Shown here: one piece after another, positions 19,407-28,674 of the stretch
Position numbering within the stretch: the stretch's first letter is position 1
Layout of the letters: every line of letters starts with the position of its first letter
NCBI GenBank assembly: GCA_016185435.1
Contig: JACPNN010000005.1
Location: forward strand, 22,588 to 86,587
Direction of reading: 5' to 3'
Length of the DNA: 64,000 nt
Source: Candidatus Aenigmatarchaeota archaeon
GTDB taxonomy: Archaea; Aenigmatarchaeota; Aenigmatarchaeia; QMZP01
Notes under the pieces: model-generated
What the model saw: only the letters and a program-made list of their open reading frames with translations
Told to the model about the DNA's origin: nothing
The model's database searches: none
Position numbers and translations under genes: made by a program

Positions 19407-19646
19407 ATGGGAACTATAACAGTCTCAATCAGCGATTCAGCTGAAAAGAAGCTGAGGAATGTGGCTGAAGCGCTTTATGGCAGGAGGAAAGGCTATCTTG
19501 GCCATGCCATAACAGATGCCATTGAAGAATGGGTGAGCAAGAAGGATAAGGCAGAGACAATATTTAAGGCTCTGCAGCTGATTGAGGAAGGAAGGAATAT
19601 GGGAAAGATGACATTCAAGAAGAGGGAAGACCTTTATGAGCGATAG
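19407..19646 (+). CDS. vapB: ribbon-helix-helix/CopG-type antitoxin
   Basis: MGTITVSISDSAEKKLRNVAEAL is a typical RHH N-terminal strand. Overlaps the downstream PIN gene by 11 nt. Confidence 0.6.
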   Translation: MGTITVSISDSAEKKLRNVAEALYGRRKGYLGHAITDAIEEWVSKKDKAETIFKALQLIEEGRNMGKMTFKKREDLYER

Positions 19647-20070
19647 TTGTTTTATCGACAGCAACATACTTATTTATACTGTTGACTCTTCAGAAAGGAA
19701 GAAGCATAACATTTCCAAGCAACTAGTAAAGGCCATATTCAATGGGGAAAAGAAAGCAGTTGTTTCAAACCAGATCCTTGCAGAATTCTTCTTCATCGCC
19801 ACCCATAAAATAGAAAGGCCCATTTCTCCGGAAGAGGCAGAAACTGTTGTCAATGCCATCATATTCTCTGAAAGCTGGATCAAGGTGAATTATGGATTAG
19901 GCACAATAAGGAGGGCCATGGGCCTTGTCAAAGAGCATAAGGCGAGCTTCTGGGACGCCTTGATAGGCGCCACAATGCACGAAGCCGGGGTGTTCAAAAT
20001 CTACACTGAGAATGTGAAGGATTTCCAGATGCCGGGGATAGAGGCGGAAAGCCCATTCGTACGTGTTTAG
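19636..20070 (+). CDS. vapC: PIN-domain toxin VapC
   Basis: CFIDSNILIY N-terminal PIN motif; ~144 aa. Confidence 0.75.
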   Translation: MSDSCFIDSNILIYTVDSSERKKHNISKQLVKAIFNGEKKAVVSNQILAEFFFIATHKIERPISPEEAETVVNAIIFSESWIKVNYGLGTIRRAMGLVKEHKASFWDALIGATMHEAGVFKIYTENVKDFQMPGIEAESPFVRV

Positions 20071-20258
20071 CTCATAGAAATAAGTAACTAGCGAGTACAT
20101 CAAGATAAAGTCAATTCACTATGCAAAAAGCGACAAAATTAAAAAACGATAGCATTAGGCTCTGAGGTTATTCTAGGTATTTTTATCCAAGACGCACAGA
20201 CATGAAGAAAATCAATAGACTGAGGACTTATAGAAGGTAGCTAAACACATACGGCTGC

Positions 20259-21254
20259 TTAAAACAGATCCCTTTTGACAAATTCCGCCCCCCTTCCCGG
20301 CCCAGAAACAATAACATCCTCCACTCCCTCTATCCTGGCGGCCATCTCAGCAATCTCCTTCGAGTCCTTTTCCAAGCATATTATTTTTACCTGCGGGCCG
20401 GCATCGCATGTGAAGTAGCATTTCATGCCATTGTCTCTCAATTCAAGAACTGAATGTATAACGGACATGCTGGCCGGATTCCAGTAAATTATGGGAGGCT
20501 TTGTAGAAATCATTGTTGCATACATCTTCAGGCAGTTGTGTTCGGCTGTTGAGCCAACCGCTTCCAAATCCTTTTTCAATATGCCTTTTTTCAATGCATC
20601 AATATCACTTTCCACAGACTCGATCCATGATTTATAGAACGGGCTTGTGGCCACTGACTGGGCCATCCCGGCACGGCTTTTGATCTTCTTCTCCTTTTTG
20701 CTTGCAATGCAGACGACCATCCTGAAATCCTTCCAGTAATTTTCATCAGCTATCTGGACAGCATGGCTGTCAGAGCCATCGCTTTTGACGCCTTTCTGCC
20801 ATTCGACAAAGCCGCCATATACGCTTCTGCTGGCTGATCCTGAACCCCTTCTGGCGAGGATTGACAATTCCTTTTTGCCCAATTCCAAACCTGCGGCCTT
20901 TGAGCCGGCAAGGGCGAGAGCTGCCAAACCAGAGGCCGAGCTTGCAAGGCCTGCAGCAGTTGGAAAAGTATTGTTGCTGACAACTTTCGCAAATTCCTTT
21001 ATTTTGGCCATTTCTTTTATTACATCAAGCTGTATAGTGACTTCCTGCTTTGCGTCACCCTCAGGCAGTTCTGCGCCATCCAGAATTACAATATGGCTTC
21101 TGTATTTGCCATCAAACTCGCATGTGGTATGGCTGAACAAACCGTCAAGAGTCATGCTTATGCTGCTGTTGTGCGGCAGCATTAGTTTAGCGTCTCTTTT
21201 GCCCCAGTACTTGGCCAGGGCTATATTGGAGTTTGCCACTGCGGAGGCTTTCAT
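20259..21254 (-). CDS. mvaD: diphosphomevalonate decarboxylase
   Basis: N-terminal ASAVANSNIALAKYWGKRD and GHMP motif GLASSASG(LAALA). Confidence 0.85.
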   Translation of the reverse strand: MKASAVANSNIALAKYWGKRDAKLMLPHNSSISMTLDGLFSHTTCEFDGKYRSHIVILDGAELPEGDAKQEVTIQLDVIKEMAKIKEFAKVVSNNTFPTAAGLASSASGLAALALAGSKAAGLELGKKELSILARRGSGSASRSVYGGFVEWQKGVKSDGSDSHAVQIADENYWKDFRMVVCIASKKEKKIKSRAGMAQSVATSPFYKSWIESVESDIDALKKGILKKDLEAVGSTAEHNCLKMYATMISTKPPIIYWNPASMSVIHSVLELRDNGMKCYFTCDAGPQVKIICLEKDSKEIAEMAARIEGVEDVIVSGPGRGAEFVKRDLF

Positions 21255-21290
21255 ATCCGTTGAATTTGGAAAAGGAATTTAAAAATACGA

Positions 21291-21935
21291 TTATCTTGCA
21301 GTCAAGTGCCTTGTGTCATTAATCTTCACAACCCTCAGCTTTTTTTCGTCATACTCCAGCACAGTGATGGAGCAGTTGTCGATGTCAAACTCATTCAGAT
21401 AGCTTGCCGGCTTCCTCTTGACGGCAAGAACAAGGTTCTTTATGAAGCCGCCATGGCTGACTACAAGCACAGTCTTTCCCATATTCTCTTTTGCTATTTT
21501 CATGTGAGCCTTATAGGACCTTATTTTCACTTCCCTGACCGTCTCCACATCTTTGACGCCCGGCAGCTCCCTTATCCTTTTCCATGTCTCAAAAAGCTTT
21601 TTGCGCTTCCTTATGTTTTCATCGAACGTCTTTCCCTCCAGACTTGCGGGAAAGTGCCTCTCCCTGAGAGAATCCATGATCCTGATTTCCATTCCATCCG
21701 GTTTCAGCATATTTGCGGTCTCAATTGCCCTTTCCAGCGGGCTTGAATAGACAGCATCTATCCTGATCTTCTCCCTTATCAATCTCTCTTTCACCAGCCT
21801 TGTCTGCCTTCTGCCCTCTTCCGTGAGCCTGCTGAAGTCGCTGTCGCCCTGAATCAGGTTCTTGGTATTCCAGTCCGTCTGGCCGTGCCTGACGAGCAGG
21901 ATTTTTGTTTTCATGAAATATATTGGTGCTGGCAC
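21291..21935 (-). CDS. histidine phosphatase family protein (phosphoglycerate mutase-like)
   Basis: RHG catalytic motif (ILLVRHGQTDWN) and SH..G late motif (VVSHGGFI). Confidence 0.7.
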   Translation of the reverse strand: MPAPIYFMKTKILLVRHGQTDWNTKNLIQGDSDFSRLTEEGRRQTRLVKERLIREKIRIDAVYSSPLERAIETANMLKPDGMEIRIMDSLRERHFPASLEGKTFDENIRKRKKLFETWKRIRELPGVKDVETVREVKIRSYKAHMKIAKENMGKTVLVVSHGGFIKNLVLAVKRKPASYLNEFDIDNCSITVLEYDEKKLRVVKINDTRHLTAR

Positions 21936-22001
21936 CTATACAAATGCGTGCAAACATATGCACGGCAAAAGGCCATTCCTGCAGAAATAAATTCGCCAAG
22001 G

Positions 22002-23051
22002 CTATTTCTCAACCCTCACGCCCTCAACGCCAAGCTCAGTTTCTATCGGGCTGTATCCTGATTCCTTTATCAGGTGAGCCAGCTTTTCCCTGTCTTCATG
22101 GTAGCAGAGCACAGTCCCTCCCCCTCCGGCCCCGCACAGCTTCGCTGCGCCGCCTATTGATACCACCTTCTCTGCCAGCCCATCAATCTGCTTTGTGCTC
22201 ACGCCAAGCTCTGCAAGATTTCTCTGGGCCAGATTCATCAAGTGTTTCGCCTTGCTGAAATCCTTTCTCTTAAGAGCTGCAAGCATCTCATAGGTCGCTT
22301 TTCCCAAAATCTCTATCCTCGCATTCCTGTAACTCTCCTCAAGCCTCATCACATGCTGGACAAGCTCACCTGTAGTTTTTTCAGGCTTTCCGGTATGGAC
22401 AAGCAGGAAGCCGTCCAAAGCATATGGTATTTCATTCTCAAGAGGCTGGATTATATTTGGCCCATTCGCATTTTTCTGGAACCATATCAGCCTGCCATAG
22501 CAGCATGTGGAATTGTCCCCGCCAGAAGGCATTCCATGGTTCAATTTCTCTATTTCATAAGCGATTTCATTGACCCTCTGCTTCACCAGCTTTTTCCCGT
22601 AAGCTTCTGATATCGCCTTTACCATCGCGACAGCCATTGCCGACGAGCTCCCCAGGCCAGAGCCGAGCGGTATTTCGGAATTTATTCCGACTTTTATACC
22701 TTTCCTTATCCTGAGGGCTGACAGGGCCTCCATGCAGGCGCAGATTATTGGTTTATAATAATCCTGCTTCATGAGGGCAAACAGCCTCGAGAAGTCCTTC
22801 TTTTCCTTCCCTTCGATCCATTCTTTTTTGGCCCTCAGGTAAAGGAGCTTTGAATCTTCTATTGTGAATTTTTTGTTCAGATTGAGGGAAGAAGAAATAA
22901 TTTCTATATTTTCGCTTTTTTCCGCCGTGACAAAGCATCTCTTCCCTATGGATGCTATGATAGCAGGTTTTCCATAGACAACGGCATGTTCCCCTATAAG
23001 ATGCACCTTTCCAGGAGCTGAGGCTGAAGGCATTGTATTTTTTGTTTCCAT
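22002..23051 (-). CDS. mvk: mevalonate kinase
   Basis: N-terminal APGKVHLIGEHAVVYG and GHMP motif PLGSGLGSSSAMAVA. Confidence 0.8.
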   Translation of the reverse strand: METKNTMPSASAPGKVHLIGEHAVVYGKPAIIASIGKRCFVTAEKSENIEIISSSLNLNKKFTIEDSKLLYLRAKKEWIEGKEKKDFSRLFALMKQDYYKPIICACMEALSALRIRKGIKVGINSEIPLGSGLGSSSAMAVAMVKAISEAYGKKLVKQRVNEIAYEIEKLNHGMPSGGDNSTCCYGRLIWFQKNANGPNIIQPLENEIPYALDGFLLVHTGKPEKTTGELVQHVMRLEESYRNARIEILGKATYEMLAALKRKDFSKAKHLMNLAQRNLAELGVSTKQIDGLAEKVVSIGGAAKLCGAGGGGTVLCYHEDREKLAHLIKESGYSPIETELGVEGVRVEK

Positions 23052-23067
23052 AATTTAAAAGCAGCTA

Positions 23068-23817
23068 TCAGTTGCTTTTCATCAGCCTTTCAACCTGCCT
23101 TTTCACATTGCCTCTCCTTATGATAGGAATACCCAGTTTTACGGCCTTTTCAATCTGTTCTTTCCCCCCGTACCCCCATTCGACAAGGGCGGCCTTCACA
23201 CCTATTTCCTTGGCCATGATGGCATTCTCCACCAGATCCTCTATGAAGAGGATTTCCGATGCCCTGATTTTCATCCTTTCCGCTATCCTCCTCAGATGGT
23301 CGGCCTTGCCGCCATCTTCCTCCCTCCCCAAAATCCGCTCCTTTTCCATCCCGATGCCGAAATGCCGGAGAAGCTTCAAGGCCGAATCAGAATCCCTTGC
23401 GGTAACTATCAGCACAGGGCACCTCCTTTCCAGCTCCGTGATCGTTTCCTTTACTCCTTCATACAATGCATGCATCTCCAGCCACTTAGCGAAATCACTC
23501 CCCATCCTTTCCTTTCTGATCAAATAGAACTCCAGGACAAATTCCCTGCTGTTTTTGTATTTTCTTTTCAGCCCTGCAAACCCGGCCGGTGCCATCTTGC
23601 TGAAATCAATGTTCTCTTCCTGCACGGCCTTCAAAACAGGCCAATAGTCCTCAGCAACCAGGATGAACTTCCTCGCCTCCCTGAAGGCAGCCCATGATTT
23701 TTCGTTCCGCTCTATTTTCCCGCCCATCCCCCTGAAGGCATCCAGGGCCGTGACATAATGCTCACGCTCGCTGTCCACAATCACTCCGTCAAGGTCAAAA
23801 ACCACGGCCTTTATCAT
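23068..23817 (-). CDS. HAD-superfamily hydrolase
   Basis: Motif I DLDGVIVDS at the N-terminus; motif IV-like EDLVENA. Confidence 0.75.
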   Translation of the reverse strand: MIKAVVFDLDGVIVDSEREHYVTALDAFRGMGGKIERNEKSWAAFREARKFILVAEDYWPVLKAVQEENIDFSKMAPAGFAGLKRKYKNSREFVLEFYLIRKERMGSDFAKWLEMHALYEGVKETITELERRCPVLIVTARDSDSALKLLRHFGIGMEKERILGREEDGGKADHLRRIAERMKIRASEILFIEDLVENAIMAKEIGVKAALVEWGYGGKEQIEKAVKLGIPIIRRGNVKRQVERLMKSN

Positions 23818-24215
23818 ATAATCCCTTTTTCTATCATATGGTTCAGTATCTTCTTTGTGTAGTGCGTCACGTCAAGCTTCTCCATCCCTTTGAGGGAAAA
23901 CCAGCCCAATTCAGCGGCATCAGACCCTGCCCTGACATTCCCTTCCGGCTTCCCGTGGAAGGCATGGCACCTATGCCGATGCAGAATTCCGGCATCATGG
24001 ACAAAAACAAAAAAAGGCCTCTTCTCTATTTTGAAGTCCCCCACCTCTTCTTTAGCTTCCCTCCGCATGCACCTGTAAGGCGTCTCGCCCTTGTCAACAT
24101 GACCCCCGGGAAAGGCCCAGAAGCCTTTTTCAGGGCTGTGGCCCCTCTTTATAAGGAGGAATTTTCCACCTTTCATGGCGACAAGAGCTGTCGTATCATG
24201 CCGGACTATTTCCAT
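23814..24215 (-). CDS. Nudix hydrolase
   Basis: Nudix box GGHVDKGETPYRCMRREAKEEVG. Confidence 0.75.
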   Translation of the reverse strand: MEIVRHDTTALVAMKGGKFLLIKRGHSPEKGFWAFPGGHVDKGETPYRCMRREAKEEVGDFKIEKRPFFVFVHDAGILHRHRCHAFHGKPEGNVRAGSDAAELGWFSLKGMEKLDVTHYTKKILNHMIEKGII

Positions 24216-24274
24216 ATAGAGAGAAGTTATTGCATATCAGCTTAATAAATTACAGAACAAATACCTACACTATT

Positions 24275-24562
24275 GCCCCAGTAGCTCAGCCGGTGGAGCG
24301 TCACCTTGGTATAAACCCTTTTCTTTTTAAGAAAAAGAAAAGCGAATGGGAGACAGAAGCATATCAGCGGATATGCTTCATAACCAAACGTGGAAAAGAA
24401 AAATAAATGCAAAGGAAGAAGAAAATGATGTAAAACAAAAAGGTGAAGGCCGCGAGTTCAAATCTCCACCCTTTCTTTTGTAAAAGAAAGGGTAGGTTAT
24501 CCAAAGAAAACAGTTACAGAGAGTGAATATAAAATATCCGAGTGAACGTCTCGCCTGGGGCT
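24275..24562 (+). tRNA. tRNA-Thr(GGU) with two introns (24312..24440 at 37/38; 24464..24549 in/after the T-loop)
   Basis: Exons reconstruct a cloverleaf: acceptor gccccag/ctggggc, D-stem gctc/gagc, anticodon stem tcacc/ggtga with loop ttGGTa|a, T-arm gcgag-ttcaaat-ctcgc. All four stems pair perfectly only after removing the two inserts. CCA is not encoded. Confidence 0.6.
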
Positions 24563-24642
24563 TTGTTTTTCTCACTAGCAGCCTGAGAATCCATGCGCCA
24601 ATTTAAGCGGGCAAAAGAAATCTTATTGACCGAAGGGCATAT

Positions 24643-25146
24643 ATGATATCCCTCCCCGCAGGCATCCCAGGCAGGACAGGCCATGCCATAATCATCCTTT
24701 CCCTCATACTTCTCGCTGTCCTCTATTCCCTCACATCAGAGATTGTCAACATGGGCAAAGAGCTCCACAAGAACTGCCCGCTTCCTCCGGGCATGTGCAT
24801 TTTCACAAGGAGCATACCGGTAGAATCAGCACTCGGCCTGATTGCCGTCCTATCCCTTCTTTTTCTCGGCCTGAATATCATAATCCAGGCAAGAAGGACA
24901 AAGTCTGTCAGCTTGCAGAGCAGCCGGAAGCTGACCAAGGCGGCAGAGAGCCTTGCAGGCGACGAGAAGCTGGTTTTCGAGGCAATAGCTGCAGATGATG
25001 GCTTTGCCTTCCAGAATGAGCTTGCCACTAAACTCGGGATGTCTAAAGTAAGGATCACAAGAGCCCTTGACAAGCTGGAGGGCAGAGGGCTGATTGAAAG
25101 GAAGAGGAGAGGCATTACGAACGCTGTTATTCTCAAGCACGAATAG
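24643..25146 (+). CDS. membrane-anchored winged-helix transcriptional regulator (MarR/TrmB-like HTH)
   Basis: Two N-terminal hydrophobic helices followed by an HTH-like region (LATKLGMSKVRITRALDKLEGRGLIERKRRG). Confidence 0.55.
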   Translation: MISLPAGIPGRTGHAIIILSLILLAVLYSLTSEIVNMGKELHKNCPLPPGMCIFTRSIPVESALGLIAVLSLLFLGLNIIIQARRTKSVSLQSSRKLTKAAESLAGDEKLVFEAIAADDGFAFQNELATKLGMSKVRITRALDKLEGRGLIERKRRGITNAVILKHE

Positions 25147-25152
25147 GATGGC

Positions 25153-25728
25153 ATGGAAACTTTTTTAAATAAGGGAGGAGAGAAGGCAGGAATCGAAATA
25201 GCAGACAAAAGGCTATTCCTCAGGTATGCAATACCCTGCACGTCCACACTTGTGAAGAGAGGAACCGTTAAGAAGGAGCTTGTCAATGAGCTTCTTGATT
25301 ATGCTTTGAGAAAGAGGGAAATGCAGACAGATATAAGAGAGACCTTTCCTGTGGCTTACCTCGCCTGCAGGAAAATAGCTCAAAACAGAGGAAAAGGGGA
25401 GATAGGGCCAGAGGAGATAAGGGAGTATTTCTGGAACCTGCATGACGATGTCATCGAAAGGAGATTTGAGGAGAAGAGGGACTTCGACAAGGATGACTGC
25501 AGGATATGGGCCGGAAAGGTGCTGAGGCTGTTGGAAGACAACAGAGCAGAGGTGCTGACCCAGAGGAGAGAGAGAATTTTCAGAAATGCATTCGAGCCTC
25601 ACCTAAAGAAGGATGATTATGTTGTCACCCATTACGATTTCATCACAGAGAAGGTTTCAAGGGAAAATGCAAAAGCGATCTGGGAAGACAAAAACAGGCG
25701 GCTTGGGATAGGGACAACATTCCCATAA
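25153..25728 (+). CDS. hypothetical protein
   Basis: ORF of 191 aa, no recognisable motif. Confidence 0.4.
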   Translation: METFLNKGGEKAGIEIADKRLFLRYAIPCTSTLVKRGTVKKELVNELLDYALRKREMQTDIRETFPVAYLACRKIAQNRGKGEIGPEEIREYFWNLHDDVIERRFEEKRDFDKDDCRIWAGKVLRLLEDNRAEVLTQRRERIFRNAFEPHLKKDDYVVTHYDFITEKVSRENAKAIWEDKNRRLGIGTTFP

Positions 25729-25765
25729 ATTTATATCCCTGAACCAATAAGTATGCGGTGGAAGC

Positions 25766-26680
25766 TTGGAAAAAGAGCAGAAAGGCACAATTCTCGCATT
25801 TATTGCCGCCATAATCAGCGGTTTCGCCATATTCGCCAACAAGATATTCATAGTCGACCTAGAGCCGGTTGTTTTTACAGCAGTAAGGGCAATGCTGATA
25901 GGCCTTCTCTTTTTTCTCCTGTCCTTATGGTCCTTCAATTTTGATCTTTCCGGATTCAGGAAAGCCAGATGGAATTATCTGCTTGCAATAGGCATAATCG
26001 GGGGAGGCCTGGCATTCTATTTATTCTTCAGCGGCCTCAAGCTTACGACTGCGGGAAGAGCAGCCTTTTTGCACAAGACCCTGCCGCTCTTCACAACCAT
26101 TATTGCTTATGTCTTCCTGAAGGAAGCGATAACCAAAAAGCAGCTTATTGCCCTGATTCTCATGCTTGCAGGGGCGCTTGCCATATCGTCCACAGCCATC
26201 TCCCCTGACGCATTCTGGACAAATCCGGCTTTTGGCGATCTGCTTGTGATTGCAGCCACAATACTGTGGGGCGTGGAGAATGTGATTGCCAAGAAAGCTC
26301 TTCTTCAGAAAGAATCCCATTTTGTGGTGATGTTCGGAAGGATGTTCTTCGGCGCTGTCTTCCTTTTCGGAGCAATGCTCCTTTTAGGCAAATTTGAGCT
26401 TCTGCTTATGCTAAAGCAGTCACAAATACTAAACCTCATTGCATCAGCAGCAATACTTGCTGGCTATGTCCTGACCTACTACTGGAGCCTGAAACTCATC
26501 AATGTCTCAAAGGCTTCCACAATCCTCCTGTTTGCGCCGCTCATCACGCTTCTCCTGAGCATGGCCTTCATGGGCGAGCAGCCGCCATTGCTCCAGCTCG
26601 CAGGCTCTGCCCTGATCCTTGCAGGCGCTTTCGCGATTGCCAAAGTGAAGAGCGGGATTGAGCAGCCAAAGGCTGTCTGA
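25766..26680 (+). CDS. EamA/DMT-family transporter
   Basis: ~10 predicted TM helices in two internally repeated halves, typical of EamA. Confidence 0.8.
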   Translation: MEKEQKGTILAFIAAIISGFAIFANKIFIVDLEPVVFTAVRAMLIGLLFFLLSLWSFNFDLSGFRKARWNYLLAIGIIGGGLAFYLFFSGLKLTTAGRAAFLHKTLPLFTTIIAYVFLKEAITKKQLIALILMLAGALAISSTAISPDAFWTNPAFGDLLVIAATILWGVENVIAKKALLQKESHFVVMFGRMFFGAVFLFGAMLLLGKFELLLMLKQSQILNLIASAAILAGYVLTYYWSLKLINVSKASTILLFAPLITLLLSMAFMGEQPPLLQLAGSALILAGAFAIAKVKSGIEQPKAV

Positions 26681-26723
26681 CACGGATTCACACTGAATCG
26701 TCTAAAAATAAGGAGGTGACAAA

Positions 26724-27128
26724 ATGGATCTGAAGAAAGGAGTGATCACAGGCGTTGTTGCAGGAATAGTCATGATAGCGCTGGGCTTCGTCTTCATGGC
26801 AGCCACAGGGACAAGCGACTGGTACCAGAAGACATTCCCGATGATGGTTTCCCAGCAGGCGATGCCATTCTTCATACTGTCCATCTTCCTGGCGGGCCTG
26901 TTCATGGGTCTGGTGTATTCGGTAGTAAACCCCTCGATATCAGGTGCCGGCTGGAAGAAGGGAGCGTATTACGGCCTTTTTGTGTGGCTTCTTGCAGGGA
27001 CGATGTGGCCAGTCATGATGATCGGCTTCGCAGGGATCAACATCTGGCTGGTTGAACTGATAGCAGGCCTGATAGAGTACGCGATAACAGGAGCAGTGAT
27101 TGCCATTGTCTACAGCAAGCTGAAGTAG
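26724..27128 (+). CDS. small integral membrane protein
   Basis: Four hydrophobic segments; good RBS-like ggaggtga upstream. Confidence 0.5.
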   Translation: MDLKKGVITGVVAGIVMIALGFVFMAATGTSDWYQKTFPMMVSQQAMPFFILSIFLAGLFMGLVYSVVNPSISGAGWKKGAYYGLFVWLLAGTMWPVMMIGFAGINIWLVELIAGLIEYAITGAVIAIVYSKLK

Positions 27129-27522
27129 CCGACAGAGAATCTTTACTGGAAGATCAAATGCAAAAAGATACTTGCAGTTTTGTATTCACTGCGCCATAAA
27201 GAGACTGCTTCCTACTGAAAATGATGGTCCAAACAATTACAAAACTTCCGGCAGCAGTCGTCAGTCCTTGGCCTTCCTGTGTATCCAATAGCTCTCGATG
27301 CTGTCAGCGTTTACCCAGTGGGTCTCAGTCCCTCCATCTATCCTGATTGTCTTTGCCCTGTCAATGAATTCGATGTTGTGCCTGTGCAGCTCATATACCT
27401 GGTTCGCCGCAGTCCTCACCATAACTTCCCCGAATTCCTCCACGGCCTTCTTCAGGCTCTCGTAATCTATCATAATCAGGGATAATAAGCAGGGTTAATA
27501 AAGACAGCGGCCAGAATCAGAT

Positions 27523-27912
27523 ATGAGACATGTCATCTATGTCTTCGGCAACCCCCTGCTGAAAGAGGACAGCCTGCCACTTAAATTGCTGCCTCGCCTG
27601 AGAAAAGAGTTTCCTGATATTGATTTTGTTGAACTGGACCCTTCTGACAATATACATGAGCTCGGAAAAGAGCTGATCATACTTGATACTGTGCAGGGAA
27701 TAAGGAAAGTGGAAATTATAGAGAATACCGATTCCATAGAGACTGGTAAAGCTTATTCCCTGCATGACTTTGATCTCGGCCAGAACCTGAAATTAATGAA
27801 AAAATTAGAGCTGATAGAGAGGATAAGGATAATCGGGATACCTATGGGGATGAATAAAAATGAAGCCATAGAGCAAGTAAGAATCATACTGCAAAATCTT
27901 TTTTCAAAATAA
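27523..27912 (+). CDS. putative hydrogenase maturation protease (HycI/HybD-like)
   Basis: N-terminal IYVFGNPLLKEDSLP resembles the GNxLxxDDG motif of [NiFe]-hydrogenase C-terminal peptidases. A hydrogenase large subunit with a C-terminal extension after DPCMSCASH is 3 kb away. Confidence 0.5.
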   Translation: MRHVIYVFGNPLLKEDSLPLKLLPRLRKEFPDIDFVELDPSDNIHELGKELIILDTVQGIRKVEIIENTDSIETGKAYSLHDFDLGQNLKLMKKLELIERIRIIGIPMGMNKNEAIEQVRIILQNLFSK

Positions 27913-27917
27913 TCCTA

Positions 27918-28358
27918 TCAAAATTCCAGCTTATTCACCCACTCGGGTATTTTCCCATCCTCAACCCTGTCATACTGCGGCCAGTATGGCTTGATATCGA
28001 TCACCGGCGTACCGTCCAGAATGTCAAGGCCTTTCACCTTTATCCTGTTGCCCTTATGCCCCATCAATCTGACTGTTGTGATTCCTATCGGGTTCGGCCT
28101 CTGGGGGCACCTGCACGCAAAGATCCCTACAACCGGCACATGGGGGTTGCCCTGCGGCTGATGCTTTATCACATGGCCCTTTACTTTATCCATCCAGTAT
28201 ATTATTATCACATGGGAATAGTCATCAATCCCGTCCAGGGCCCCAGTGAATTTCTCGTCCACAACAATTTCCGAAACCTCATCTGCGAAGCCGCCAAATC
28301 TCGGTTCTTTGATGTTGTTTTTGACGAAGCCTATTGGCCTTAAAGTTATGTCTGCCAT
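27918..28358 (-). CDS. TsaA/TrmO-family tRNA methyltransferase (UPF0066/YaeB)
   Basis: RPIGFVKN...PRFGGFADE...IKPY, characteristic of TrmO/TsaA beta-barrel SAM-dependent methyltransferases. Confidence 0.7.
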   Translation of the reverse strand: MADITLRPIGFVKNNIKEPRFGGFADEVSEIVVDEKFTGALDGIDDYSHVIIIYWMDKVKGHVIKHQPQGNPHVPVVGIFACRCPQRPNPIGITTVRLMGHKGNRIKVKGLDILDGTPVIDIKPYWPQYDRVEDGKIPEWVNKLEF

Positions 28359-28674
28359 GATAATTAGAAGTAAATAAAATCAGACAATTTAAAGGCAGTT
28401 GCAGGAGTTCTCAGCCTATTTGTCCTTCATTGCCTTTGCCATCAGGGTGCATGGATTGTAACTTTATAGTCGGCTATCTGCACGGCATAAAAGTATTGGC
28501 AGAATCGGAAAACTCCATAATGCACACCTTCGTTGACTGAATATTTATCATGGTTTTCCTTCTGCGTGTCTCCTACCTCAAGAATTCCAATGATCCAGCT
28601 TTTTGTGCTGAAATTTTCCGTGTGTTTCAACTCCTATGCAAGCACCCGATGTTTTGTATAAAAAATTCTTGGTC

